DNA of 64,000 nucleotides from an uncultured Candidatus Actinomarina sp. (GCA_902578135.1 CACHBU010000004.1:8120-72119), one strand, 5' to 3'. Shown: positions 38,015 to 47,908, numbered from the stretch's first letter. A program made the numbers and translations. Notes: generated from the letters alone by a model not told the origin.

Positions 38015-38950
38015 TTAAGAAACAGTTATCGTGACTGCCTTAGTGTTTTGAGTATTTAAACTATAAAGATTGCTTAAATATTGAAAGGGTTTTTCATTAA
38101 CCATTCCTATTTCGTTTAAGTATTTAGTTGTAGCTAAATCTACTCCCCTTTTACTTCCATCAATACATTTAAACAAATATGATTCATCGTTATTTGTAAC
38201 AAATAGAACACCTTCTGCACCAGATTTAGCTAAAACTGTTTTGCTTGAATTGAGAATGATATTTGTATCTGTTCGATTTTCACCGCCAATAAGTAATGGG
38301 TTTGTATGGTAAGAATTAAACATATCAGACCAATTATTAGAGTATTCTGTAGTTTTTATCTTATTAACCGCTTTTAAAAAACTATCAGTTCGTAAATGTA
38401 TTGCTGGAAGACCACATCCGTCTGTGCCAAAACCAATATCATTATCAGTGAAAATAAATTGAAAGAAATCTTTAACTATCGATTGTGTTTTACTTTTAAA
38501 GGTATGATAAATTTTGTTATCCTCGTTAAGAATTTTTGAAAATAAAAGCATAGCAAGGTGCTTTCCTGAACAGTTATGGTGTAATTTTGTATATTCTTTA
38601 TTATTTTGTAGTAATTTATCAGCGGTAGGTTCATGAAAAGGTCTTTGTTTTCCACAAACTAATCTTTCAAGATCTAAATCATATTTTTTTGCAATTGTTT
38701 TAATTAATTCTGTATGAATTTCTTGACCAGAATGAGAAGATGAAAATATAGCTATTTCTTCACTTGTTAATAATATATTTTGATTTTGGGCTTCATAAAG
38801 AAGAGGGATAAGTTGAAAAGGTTTAACAGCTGATCTTGGAAAAAAATAATCATATTCTTTTTGATCATTTTTATATACGTTAATAAAGTGAGTCGATTCA
38901 AGAGAACCGTCTCTATTTAGTTGAACTTTTAATTTTTTAATTTTTGACAT
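38015..38950 (-). CDS. asparaginase II (PF06089-like) family protein
   Basis: 311 aa containing PRSAVKPFQLIPLL and later GGENRTDT / AKSGAEGV blocks typical of this family. Confidence 0.65.
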   Translation of the reverse strand: MSKIKKLKVQLNRDGSLESTHFINVYKNDQKEYDYFFPRSAVKPFQLIPLLYEAQNQNILLTSEEIAIFSSSHSGQEIHTELIKTIAKKYDLDLERLVCGKQRPFHEPTADKLLQNNKEYTKLHHNCSGKHLAMLLFSKILNEDNKIYHTFKSKTQSIVKDFFQFIFTDNDIGFGTDGCGLPAIHLRTDSFLKAVNKIKTTEYSNNWSDMFNSYHTNPLLIGGENRTDTNIILNSSKTVLAKSGAEGVLFVTNNDESYLFKCIDGSKRGVDLATTKYLNEIGMVNEKPFQYLSNLYSLNTQNTKAVTITVS

Positions 38951-39732
38951 TTCCTACAAAAATATGTAGCTCTTTGGTTAATGTATATTTTATCAATTAT
39001 ATGTTCACAATTAAAACAATTTGTTTTGCTATATATTTTTAAAAAATTCTGGTTTGAACCAAATTCACCATAAGGCAAAAAATAAGTCATATCACTTAAA
39101 GTTGTTCCATTGTTTTTAATTGCTAACCGCATAATTTTTTTGGTGTTATTAAAAAAATCTTTCCAATTATTGCCACTTAAAGCATTTACTTTTGTTTCAG
39201 GGTGAATTCTTGAGGCAAACAATATTTCATTTGCATAAATGTTACCTATTCCACTCATGTATTTTTGGTTTAGTATAAAATCTTTTATCAATGATTTTGA
39301 TTTCTTACTTTTATCAATAATTATTCTTGTTTGTTTTGTACTAATCTCCAACACATCTGGACCAATTTTATTCAAATAATCAATTTTTAATTCCGCTTTT
39401 ATGATATTAATAAATCCAAATCTTCTAATATCATCAAAATTTACTGTATCTTTGTCAAAATAAAAACGGGCTCTTGTATGTTTATTTTTTTTATCGTTTA
39501 CTTGGATTCTTCCGCTCATTCCTAAATGAAAAATGATCGAATAATGTTCAAAATCAAAAATTAAAAGTTTACCTTTTCTTGATATTCCTGATAAAGATTC
39601 TTTAATTGTTGGTTTTTTAGTATTGTACCTATTTGTTCTATCATCATAGATTTTATAATTCTCAAGTTTCTGACCAACAATATTTGAAGATAACGAAAGT
39701 TTAATTGATTCTACTTCAGGCAGTTCAGGCAT
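38929..39732 (-). CDS. mutM: formamidopyrimidine-DNA glycosylase
   Basis: Starts MPELPEVE. C-terminal zinc finger CFNC...CRKCQ. Confidence 0.92.
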   Translation of the reverse strand: MPELPEVESIKLSLSSNIVGQKLENYKIYDDRTNRYNTKKPTIKESLSGISRKGKLLIFDFEHYSIIFHLGMSGRIQVNDKKNKHTRARFYFDKDTVNFDDIRRFGFINIIKAELKIDYLNKIGPDVLEISTKQTRIIIDKSKKSKSLIKDFILNQKYMSGIGNIYANEILFASRIHPETKVNALSGNNWKDFFNNTKKIMRLAIKNNGTTLSDMTYFLPYGEFGSNQNFLKIYSKTNCFNCEHIIDKIYINQRATYFCRKCQKLKN

Positions 39733-40402
39733 TTATTTTTTCTAATGCTTGTTTCGCAGCTTCTTGTTGTGAACTTTTTTTTGACTTGCCTTCTCCAACT
39801 CCGATAATTTCTTTATCCAAAAAAACTTGTGTTTGAAATTTTTTATCATGATCTGGACCAGTAGATGAATCCATATAATTTACTTTTTTCCCAACTTTCG
39901 CATAATACTCTTGAAGTCTTGTTTTATAATCTTTCTGTCCAGGATTTTCAGAAAGCTCTTTTATGCTCGGATATATGTATTTAGAAACAAATCCATTTAC
40001 TGCGGTTAATCCCCCGTCAAAATATAATGCTGCAATTAAAGCTTCTACTGCATCTTCAATTATGGATGACTTGTTCCTACCTCCGGTAGAATCCTCTGCT
40101 TTACTTAAAAACATAAAAGATCCAATATTTATTTCATTACCTAATTTCACTAAATTCGTCTGATTAACAGCACTTGATCTTATCTTTGTAAGACTTCCTT
40201 CATCTAAATCTGGAAAATGTTTAAAAAGGTATTCAGTTAAATCAAAATCCAAAATAGTATCTCCAAAGAACTCATAGCGTTGATTAGATATTAGATCTGG
40301 GTTTTCGTCTAAATAAGATTTATGAGTCAAAGCAATTTTTAAAAGTTTTTTGTCTTTAAAGCTATACCCTATTGTTTTCTCGAAATCTTCTATGCTTTTC
40401 AT
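39725..40402 (-). CDS. rnc: ribonuclease III
   Basis: Contains NQRYEFFGDTILD and a C-terminal dsRBD (SKKSSQQEAAKQALEKI). Confidence 0.95.
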   Translation of the reverse strand: MKSIEDFEKTIGYSFKDKKLLKIALTHKSYLDENPDLISNQRYEFFGDTILDFDLTEYLFKHFPDLDEGSLTKIRSSAVNQTNLVKLGNEINIGSFMFLSKAEDSTGGRNKSSIIEDAVEALIAALYFDGGLTAVNGFVSKYIYPSIKELSENPGQKDYKTRLQEYYAKVGKKVNYMDSSTGPDHDKKFQTQVFLDKEIIGVGEGKSKKSSQQEAAKQALEKINA

Positions 40403-41370
40403 AATTCACTTAATGCGGAGGAAAACTTACTGATTAAATCTTTTTTTACAGCAGTTTCTGTATATACAATTGCATTTTTGACTGCTTCAGAATTAGAAGA
40501 ACCATGACCTATTGTGACTACTCCGTTTACACCTAATAAGTATGAAGCACCAGATTTATCTGGATTAAGCTGATCTTTAACAGGTTGTAAAGCTTTTTTT
40601 ACGGGAATTAACAAAGGTTTAAATAAATTATCTAACAGTGCTGAAGAAATTAGATTTTGCTGTAATTTTGCAGTGCCTTCTAATGTTTTTAATACTACAT
40701 TTCCAGTAAATCCGTCAGTGACAAACACATCAGCTTTTTTTGTTGAAAAATCTCTTCCTTCTATATTTCCAACAAAGTTTAAATTACTATTCTTTAATAA
40801 TTTATATGCTGCTTTTTCTACATCTCGACCTTTAGTTTCCTCTTCTCCGTTATTTAGAAGACCTACTTTAGGATTGTCGATATCCATTATTACTTCAGCT
40901 AATTTTGCTCCCATTATTCCGTATTGAAAAAGAACTTTTGGCTTTACATCTAAACTAGCTCCTGAATCAAGAAGAATTGTATTACCACTTAACGAAGGCA
41001 ACACAGAAGCTATGACAGGCCTAATAACTCCCTTATGTTTTCCAAGAATTGAAATTGCACTTATTAATGTTGCGCCTGTAGAACCTGCAGAAAATACAGC
41101 CTGTACTTTTTTGTCTTTAAGTAATTGCATGCATCCAACTATTGATGCATTCTTTTTATTTCTTATAGCTTTTAATGGATCTTCATCCATAGAAATAACT
41201 TGGGGGAAATCAAAAACAGGTATTTCATGATTTTCTAAATATGGATTAATTAAATTTTTATCACCACATAAAACAACATCGACACCCTGATCTTTCGCTT
41301 TAATAGCTCCTTTAACGATATCGATTGGAGCAGAGTCTCCACCCATTGCATCAACAGCAATAGTATTCAT
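40399..41370 (-). CDS. plsX: phosphate acyltransferase PlsX
   Basis: 323 aa starting IAVDAMGGDSAP, with GFTGNVVLKTLEG. Confidence 0.94.
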   Translation of the reverse strand: MNTIAVDAMGGDSAPIDIVKGAIKAKDQGVDVVLCGDKNLINPYLENHEIPVFDFPQVISMDEDPLKAIRNKKNASIVGCMQLLKDKKVQAVFSAGSTGATLISAISILGKHKGVIRPVIASVLPSLSGNTILLDSGASLDVKPKVLFQYGIMGAKLAEVIMDIDNPKVGLLNNGEEETKGRDVEKAAYKLLKNSNLNFVGNIEGRDFSTKKADVFVTDGFTGNVVLKTLEGTAKLQQNLISSALLDNLFKPLLIPVKKALQPVKDQLNPDKSGASYLLGVNGVVTIGHGSSNSEAVKNAIVYTETAVKKDLISKFSSALSEL

Positions 41371-41377
41371 AGCAAAC

Positions 41378-41560
41378 TTAACTTACTTCAGGTTCTTTTA
41401 CTTGACGACCGTTATAAGTACCATCAGCAGGATTTACTCTATGAGATTGTTTTGCTACACCTGTTTCAGGATCTACTACAAAATGAGGTTTAGATATTTT
41501 ATGCGTAGCTTTTCTGCGTCTAGTTCTTGATTTAGACATCTTCTTCTTTGGTACTGCCAT
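41378..41560 (-). CDS. rpmF: 50S ribosomal protein L32
   Basis: Starts MAVPKKKMSKSRTRRRKA. Confidence 0.95.
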   Translation of the reverse strand: MAVPKKKMSKSRTRRRKATHKISKPHFVVDPETGVAKQSHRVNPADGTYNGRQVKEPEVS

Positions 41561-41578
41561 TGCTATATTCCTTTCAAA

Positions 41579-42076
41579 CTACAAATCTAGCTGACTTAGG
41601 GAAGAAAATGGACTTTCTTTTAAGTTTTTTTCTTCACAATTACACTTAATTTTATTCATATTGTTACCGCAAATACCGCATAAACCTTTACATTTATTAC
41701 TGCATATATAAAGTCTATCTAAATTATCGATTATTATTTCTGAAATAAATGGCTCTATATCTACATATTCTCTATCAAAATTAATTTCATAATCGTTTTC
41801 TACATCGGTATTTAGCTTAAATAATCTTGAATTTTTCATCTTATTTGCCTTTTTAGAGAGACATCTTGCGCATTCTGATTTATAAGAAAGTTCTAAATTG
41901 ATATCAATATTTAATATTGAATCATCAATATAAAGTTCCGAAATTAAATTCACTAAATCTTGATCTTCTGTGAAATGGTTTGCATAAAAAATTTCAAATT
42001 TCCCTGAAAGATTAACAACTAAAGGAACAGGAGAATTAACTATATCAATGGTTTTTATCTTTGAATTGAGCTTCAT
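41579..42076 (-). CDS. DUF177 (YceD-like) protein
   Basis: 165 aa upstream of rpmF. Cys-rich C-terminal region (CSNKCKGLCGICGNNMNKIKCNC). Confidence 0.8.
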   Translation of the reverse strand: MKLNSKIKTIDIVNSPVPLVVNLSGKFEIFYANHFTEDQDLVNLISELYIDDSILNIDINLELSYKSECARCLSKKANKMKNSRLFKLNTDVENDYEINFDREYVDIEPFISEIIIDNLDRLYICSNKCKGLCGICGNNMNKIKCNCEEKNLKESPFSSLSQLDL

Positions 42077-42579
42077 TAATTTTCTGGGTTTTCTATGTTT
42101 CTAGGCTCACGTAGTTTATTTTTTTCATTTTCTAAAAAATTAGAAAGTTGATCAATTTTATTCTGAATGTCATCAATTCTCTGATCAATTGTATCTTCTA
42201 TATTTGTTCTATATGTTTGCATCTCAACTTCAGCTTGTTTTATTATTGCATTTGCTTCAATTACAGCTTCCTGAATAACATATGAATTTGCAATCAATTT
42301 TTCAGATTCTGCTTTGGCATCATCTAAAAGAGCTTTTGATTCAATTTTGGCTTGATTGATAAAACTTTCTTGTTCTCTTACAATCCATCTTGCAGTGCGC
42401 ATCTCAACTGGCATAGAGTCAATTATTTCATCAATACTCTTTAATATATCTTTTTTATTAATTCTCCCCTTAAGAGTATTTGAGTTTAATTGATTTCTTA
42501 AATTTTCTAATTTGTCTACTATTTCGATTTTACTTTCACCTTTTAAAACATCTTCAAAGTTTGTTTCAGAATTATTCAT
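42076..42579 (-). CDS. coiled-coil protein of unknown function (ATP-synthase-b-like / DivIVA-like heptads)
   Basis: 167 aa. Strongly helical and charged, with no enzymatic motif. Coupled to coaD and DUF177. Confidence 0.4.
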   Translation of the reverse strand: MNNSETNFEDVLKGESKIEIVDKLENLRNQLNSNTLKGRINKKDILKSIDEIIDSMPVEMRTARWIVREQESFINQAKIESKALLDDAKAESEKLIANSYVIQEAVIEANAIIKQAEVEMQTYRTNIEDTIDQRIDDIQNKIDQLSNFLENEKNKLREPRNIENPEN

Positions 42580-43036
42580 TGTTTAGCCTTTTTAAAACTT
42601 CTGATGGAACTAGAGAAGAAACATCCCCGCCAAAAGAATGAATTTCTTTAACCATTGAACTAGATAAATAACCAAATTCTGGTGAAGAAGGAATGAATAT
42701 GGTTTCAAATCCAGCTAGTGTAGAATTTGCCTGAGCCATTTGAAACTCGTAATCAAAATCTGTCATCGCTCTTAATCCTTTAACAATTGCATCCACAGAG
42801 TTTTTTGAGGCAAAGTCAACCAAAAGACCTTCAAAACTCATAACTTTTATATTTGTGTAGTCTTTAAATATTTCCTCAAGCATTGATGATCGCTCTTCAC
42901 GCGAAAATAATGATTCTTTTGAAGGATTAACTACAACACCAACAAGGATTTCAGTAAAGATTTTAGAACATCTTTTTATTACATCTATATGGCCATTTGT
43001 TGGTGGATCAAAAGAGCCTGGAATTAAAATTTTCAT
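42572..43036 (-). CDS. coaD: phosphopantetheine adenylyltransferase
   Basis: Contains PGSFDPPTNGHIDV. Confidence 0.95.
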   Translation of the reverse strand: MKILIPGSFDPPTNGHIDVIKRCSKIFTEILVGVVVNPSKESLFSREERSSMLEEIFKDYTNIKVMSFEGLLVDFASKNSVDAIVKGLRAMTDFDYEFQMAQANSTLAGFETIFIPSSPEFGYLSSSMVKEIHSFGGDVSSLVPSEVLKRLNNE

Positions 43037-43569
43037 AATTTCCTCAATATAAGAATATTACTTTGACCATAGTTTTTTTCTTTATGAATTTTATAATTTT
43101 TTAAAGTATCAAGTTCTTTTGATGCAGTATGGCGGTGAATTACAACAAATCCATCAGTGTTTAATATATTATAAATTTTCATGACCTCGTTTTTAACAAC
43201 ATCCGTTTCTATTTTGAAAGGAGGGTCATAAAAAACAATATCGTATGTACTCAAGGATGTTTGTAGAAACTTATCTACACTAGATTTAGTGATTTTATAA
43301 TTATTTTCAAATTCTTTTAAATTTTGCTTCAAAATAGTTATACAATCATCTGAATTTTCAATAAAAGTTACAAAATTCGCACCTCTACTCAAAGATTCAA
43401 TTCCTAAACTTCCTGAACCGGCATAAAGATCTAAAATATCTTTATTTTCAATGTTGAATTGTAGAGAATTAAATATTGATTCCCTTACTTTGCTCATCAT
43501 AGGTCTGGTTAATGGATCATTAATTGTTCGAATTAATTTTGACTTATATCTTCCAGCAAGAACTCTCAT
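43033..43569 (-). CDS. rsmD: 16S rRNA (guanine966-N2)-methyltransferase RsmD
   Basis: Contains DLYAGSGSLGIESLSRGA and FYDPPF. Confidence 0.9.
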   Translation of the reverse strand: MRVLAGRYKSKLIRTINDPLTRPMMSKVRESIFNSLQFNIENKDILDLYAGSGSLGIESLSRGANFVTFIENSDDCITILKQNLKEFENNYKITKSSVDKFLQTSLSTYDIVFYDPPFKIETDVVKNEVMKIYNILNTDGFVVIHRHTASKELDTLKNYKIHKEKNYGQSNILILRKL

Positions 43570-45692
43570 GTAGTTCCACTTGCTTTAAAATAATTTGGAA
43601 ATAGAATTTGTGCTTCCTCAAACATAAGTTTTTTAATATCTTCAGATTCAATTTTATCAAATATATTTTTTGATTCTAATAGCAGTTCATAGTCGTATCT
43701 CAAATCGGCTATCTTTAAATCAGATTGTCCAGATTGGCTTGTACCAGTAACTTTACCTTCACCTCTAATCTCTAAATCAATTTCTGATAATTTAAAGCCA
43801 TCTTTTATATTTACAATCGCTTCTAATCTTCTCTTTCCATCTTCACTGATTGTATTTAATGTTTTTTTCTTAGAAACATGAAAAATACATTCTGATTGTT
43901 TGTCACTTCTCCCAACCCTACCTCTTAATTGGTGTAGTTGGTTTAATCCAAATCTTTCAGCGCTTTCAATAATCATTAATGTTGCATTTGGTATATCTAT
44001 TCCAACTTCAATAACAACTGTAGAAACTAGGATATCTACTTTACCATTCTTCATATCTTGCATTATTTGGTCTTTTTCATCAAAAGACATCTTTCCATGA
44101 AGAATTGAAACATTGTAATCTTTAAACTTTTCTTTATACTCAACGAAAACATTTTCAGCAGCTTGAATATCCACCAATTCACTTTCTTCAATAAATGGGC
44201 AGACTACAAATATTTGTGATTTTTTCTGGAGATGAAACTCACAAATATCATAAATAGTTTCGTTATCTTTTTTTGATCCTTCTATTAGATGGGAAGTAAT
44301 GTCTTTTCTCCCAGGTGGTAATTCATTAATCGAAGAAATTTCTAAATCTCCATAAATTGACAATGCTGTAGTTCTTGGAATTGGTGTAGCAGTCATAACT
44401 AACTGGTCAGGAATATCTCCAGTTTCATTTATTAGCTTTTTTCTTTGCTCTACACCAAATCTCTGTTGTTCATCAATAATAGCAAACCCAAGATTTGAAA
44501 ATTTAATACTTTCCTGAATTAGTGCGTGCGTACCAATATAAAGGGCTGGTTTACCATTATTTAAGTTGTCTAAAATATTTTCTCTATCTTTAATTGATGA
44601 AGTAAGTAGGTATATGTCACATTGATCTTTATTCATAAATTGATTAATTGAGGCAAAGTGTTGCTCAGCTAAAACCTCTGTTGGAGCCATTAATGCAACC
44701 TGATAGCCTGATTTAATTGCAGCATAAGATGCGATAGTAGCCACGACTGTTTTTCCTGAACCAACATCGCCTTGCAGCAGTCTTTTCATAGGATAATTTT
44801 TTCTAAAATCCTCTAAAATTTCATTTACAGCATTTAATTGCGATTGTGTTAATTGAAATGGGAGTTGGTCTATAAATTCATCTATGTCCGAATTAGAAAA
44901 TGTGTAAACTAATCCTTTATTTTCATTCTTATATTTTGACTTTAGATTTTCAAATATTGACCTTAAATAAATAAACTCATCTAAAACTAATCTCCGTCTT
45001 GCATTTTTATAGTCAACTTCGTTTTTTGGAAAATGAATCTTTTTTATACTTTGTAATCTATTTTCAAGAGAATGTTCTTTTATGATTTCAGAAGGCAAGA
45101 CATCAAATAATCCAGGTGTAAAATCATCTTTTGTCGACTCTAATATAGCGATAATTTCCTTTAACCCTTTTCTAATGCTTGCGCTTGTCATGCCCTCTAC
45201 TTTTTTGTAAATAGGAATAAAAGAACCCGTCTCATTTAATTCTTCAATATCAGTAAATTTTTCAATAGCTGGATTTTTAAAATCAACACTTCCAGTTTTT
45301 TTAACTTCAGGCTTTCCTGACACAGCAACTACTTCACCTTCTTTAAATCTAGACTCTATATATTGAGGACCAAACCATTTAGCTTTTAAACTTCCTGATT
45401 CATCAGAAATACTCAGTGTTGCAATTCTCAATCTTGTCTTAGTAGTAAAAACGGAAACTTTATCAATAGTTCCAAAGATAGTTACTTCATTATTTTCATC
45501 ATTTTTATTGATTTCAGATATTAACTTAACCTTTGATCTGTCAATATGTGTTCTTGGAAAATAGCGAATTAAATCAGCAACAGTTTTTAATTTACTTTTT
45601 TTTAAACTTGCATACTTTTTTTCGCCTATTCCCCTAACAAAACTAAGTTCTATTTCGTCTAAATATTTAAAGCTTCTTTCAACCACAATCAA
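43566..45692 (-). CDS. recG: ATP-dependent DNA helicase RecG
   Basis: 708 aa with a wedge domain and helicase motifs GDVGSGKT, DEQQRFG and LHQLRGRVGR. Confidence 0.95.
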   Translation of the reverse strand: MIVVERSFKYLDEIELSFVRGIGEKKYASLKKSKLKTVADLIRYFPRTHIDRSKVKLISEINKNDENNEVTIFGTIDKVSVFTTKTRLRIATLSISDESGSLKAKWFGPQYIESRFKEGEVVAVSGKPEVKKTGSVDFKNPAIEKFTDIEELNETGSFIPIYKKVEGMTSASIRKGLKEIIAILESTKDDFTPGLFDVLPSEIIKEHSLENRLQSIKKIHFPKNEVDYKNARRRLVLDEFIYLRSIFENLKSKYKNENKGLVYTFSNSDIDEFIDQLPFQLTQSQLNAVNEILEDFRKNYPMKRLLQGDVGSGKTVVATIASYAAIKSGYQVALMAPTEVLAEQHFASINQFMNKDQCDIYLLTSSIKDRENILDNLNNGKPALYIGTHALIQESIKFSNLGFAIIDEQQRFGVEQRKKLINETGDIPDQLVMTATPIPRTTALSIYGDLEISSINELPPGRKDITSHLIEGSKKDNETIYDICEFHLQKKSQIFVVCPFIEESELVDIQAAENVFVEYKEKFKDYNVSILHGKMSFDEKDQIMQDMKNGKVDILVSTVVIEVGIDIPNATLMIIESAERFGLNQLHQLRGRVGRSDKQSECIFHVSKKKTLNTISEDGKRRLEAIVNIKDGFKLSEIDLEIRGEGKVTGTSQSGQSDLKIADLRYDYELLLESKNIFDKIESEDIKKLMFEEAQILFPNYFKASGTT

Positions 45693-45776
45693 ACATTACC
45701 TAAAAAGTTTTAAAATGAAAGTACCTACAAATTAATAAATTAGTTATAGTTAGAATTGTATTTTGGAGGAAATATT

Positions 45777-46013
45777 ATGGCAAATAGATGTCAAGTTACA
45801 GGAAGAGAACCACGCTCTGGGAAGAACGTTTCCTTTTCTCATAAACGAAATCCCCGATGGTTTAAACCAAATATTCAAACAAAAAAATATTGGCTTGCTA
45901 GCGAAAATAGATGGGTAAAACTTAAAGTTAGTACAAGAGGAAACAAAATTATTGATAAGCGCGGAATAGAGTCAGTTGTTAAGGAAATTAGACAAAGAGG
46001 CGAAAAAGTTTAA
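45777..46013 (+). CDS. rpmB: 50S ribosomal protein L28
   Basis: Starts MANRCQVTGREPRSGKNVSFSHKRN. ATG 45777 is preceded by GGAGG. Confidence 0.94.
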   Translation: MANRCQVTGREPRSGKNVSFSHKRNPRWFKPNIQTKKYWLASENRWVKLKVSTRGNKIIDKRGIESVVKEIRQRGEKV

Positions 46014-46228
46014 TGGCACAAGGTGTTGTTAAATCGTATGACCCAAATACCGGAAACGGGATTATTTTATTAGATACCGACAAATCAGAAGTTTTTATTA
46101 TTCCAGGTTCTCTTAAAGGATCTATTTTTAGAACATTAAGACAGGGTCAGAGAATAAATTTCGAAATTGAAGCACAAGATGACGTAAATATTGTCAAAAA
46201 TATCCGAATTGGACAAGATAAGTACTAA
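46013..46228 (+). CDS. cold-shock-domain-like small beta-barrel protein (RNP motifs degenerate)
   Basis: 71 aa with Csp-like spacing (GVVKSYDPNTGNGIILLD...VFII...LRQGQRINFEIE) but without the aromatic RNP1/RNP2 residues. Confidence 0.5.
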   Translation: MAQGVVKSYDPNTGNGIILLDTDKSEVFIIPGSLKGSIFRTLRQGQRINFEIEAQDDVNIVKNIRIGQDKY

Positions 46229-46236
46229 ACAACTTA

Positions 46237-47436
46237 ATGTCCTTAATTAATTTAGACTTATCCAACGAAGAAATAATTAACAAATATTTTAATGATTTAT
46301 GCTGCGATAAGTACATAGAACCTTTAATAAAAGGGGGTCAATCCAATGCAGATAATGCTTTAAACACACTAGATATTAAAAATTATGCAAAAACAAGAAA
46401 TAATGTATTTCCAATTGAAAAAAGAGGTTCGTCTTATTTATCTGCTTATATACGACATGGTTTAATTTCGTTACCCGAAGTATGGAATTTTGTAGAAAAA
46501 TTTGAATACCAAGATAAAACAAAATTCAGAGATGAGCTGTTATGGCAAGAGTTTTCGAGGCATTTATACGCAATTGTAGGTAAAAATTCAAATGATTATT
46601 TAAATTATGCAATCAAATCAAATAAAAATATTGAAAAAAACTATCAAAACATGAATTGTATTAATTCAATTAAAACAGAGCTTGAAAGCACTGGATACAT
46701 GGTTAATCAAACAAGAATGTGGTTTGCATCCCATTTTTCATTGCGAACTGGAGATAACTGGAGAAATTATGAAGATTACATGTTTAAACATCTAGTTGAT
46801 GGATCAAGATTTGCAAATAGATTAGGTTGGCATTGGGTTATGGGCTCTCAAACTGGAAAAGTGTATGGTTTTTCAAAATTCCAAGTAGACAAAAGAGCGA
46901 AAAGTTTTTGTGACAACTGTGAGGTCAAATACAATTGTCCTATACAAAATTGGCCTGAAGAAATCAACATAACTAAAAAAACAATAGATGTTGATTTGAA
47001 TCTTGAAACTAATTTTGGACCTGAAAGTATAAAAAATAATATTGATTCAAAACCTGATTTTGTTTGGATGACTGCTGAGTCACTAGGAGACAATGATCCA
47101 GCATTGAATTATTATTCAAATCTTCCAGCTGTTTTTATTTTTGACAAGCCTTTATTAAATTATTTACAACTTTCAACTAAAAGAATTATATTTTTATTGG
47201 ATTGTCTAAGAGAATTATCTTATAAGAGAAGTACTCAAGTGTACTTAGATAATCCAATTGAATATCTTAAAAATAAAAATTTTGCATGCACATTTGCGGC
47301 AGTCCCAAAATACAAAAAAATAACTCGAGTAAATATTCCAACTTCCGAATTCCCATCTGTTAGATTAGTAAAGCCTATTAATTTTTATCCATCGAGTTAT
47401 AGTTCTTGGAAAAAAAGAATAGAATTGAATATATGA
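46237..47436 (+). CDS. photolyase/cryptochrome-superfamily protein with apparent swapped domain order and a CxxCx5C motif
   Basis: aa ~30-235 match the photolyase FAD-binding domain (GSSYLSAYIRHGLIS, LLWQEFSRHLY, STGYMVNQTRMWFASHF, ANRLGWHWVMG). aa ~274-399 resemble the photolyase N-terminal alpha/beta domain (FVWMTAESLGDNDPAL ... AVFIFD ... KRIIFLLDCLRELS). Confidence 0.75.
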   Translation: MSLINLDLSNEEIINKYFNDLCCDKYIEPLIKGGQSNADNALNTLDIKNYAKTRNNVFPIEKRGSSYLSAYIRHGLISLPEVWNFVEKFEYQDKTKFRDELLWQEFSRHLYAIVGKNSNDYLNYAIKSNKNIEKNYQNMNCINSIKTELESTGYMVNQTRMWFASHFSLRTGDNWRNYEDYMFKHLVDGSRFANRLGWHWVMGSQTGKVYGFSKFQVDKRAKSFCDNCEVKYNCPIQNWPEEINITKKTIDVDLNLETNFGPESIKNNIDSKPDFVWMTAESLGDNDPALNYYSNLPAVFIFDKPLLNYLQLSTKRIIFLLDCLRELSYKRSTQVYLDNPIEYLKNKNFACTFAAVPKYKKITRVNIPTSEFPSVRLVKPINFYPSSYSSWKKRIELNI

Positions 47437-47855
47437 AAAGATATTTATTATTTTTATTTCTTTTCTTTCATAACTATATTTATATTTACTCAAACGGAAG
47501 AATCGGTAAATTTTTAAATAACCGTCCTTGTTTAATACTTCATACAACTGGGGCAAAAACAAATCTGGAAAGAAAAAATGTTTTAGTTTTTCTTAAAGAG
47601 GATAATGAAATTTGCATTGTAGCCTCAAAAGGTGGGAGTGATACTAATCCAGGCTGGTATCACAATTTAAAAAAATATCCTGAGTGTGAAGTCCAAATTG
47701 GAAGAGAAAAATTTAAAGCAGTATCTAGAGAAATATTTGAAGATGAAAAAAATGAGTGGTGGAACAAAATGGATTATATGAATAACGGTGGCTACTCTGC
47801 TTATCAAAGAAGAACGGAAAGAAAAATTCCTGTATTAATACTAAATATTTCTTAG
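47433..47855 (+). CDS. deazaflavin (F420)-dependent nitroreductase (DDN/PF04075-like) family protein
   Basis: Contains ILHTTGAKTNLERKNVLVFLKEDNEICIVASKGGSDTNPGWYHNLKKYPECEVQIG. ATG 47433 overlaps the upstream TGA. Hydrophobic N-terminal helix. Confidence 0.8.
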   Translation: MKRYLLFLFLFFHNYIYIYSNGRIGKFLNNRPCLILHTTGAKTNLERKNVLVFLKEDNEICIVASKGGSDTNPGWYHNLKKYPECEVQIGREKFKAVSREIFEDEKNEWWNKMDYMNNGGYSAYQRRTERKIPVLILNIS

Positions 47856-47908
47856 TCACATTATGCGCCTAAGAAAGTTTTGTAATTTATTTTAAGAATA
47901 TCCCCTGT

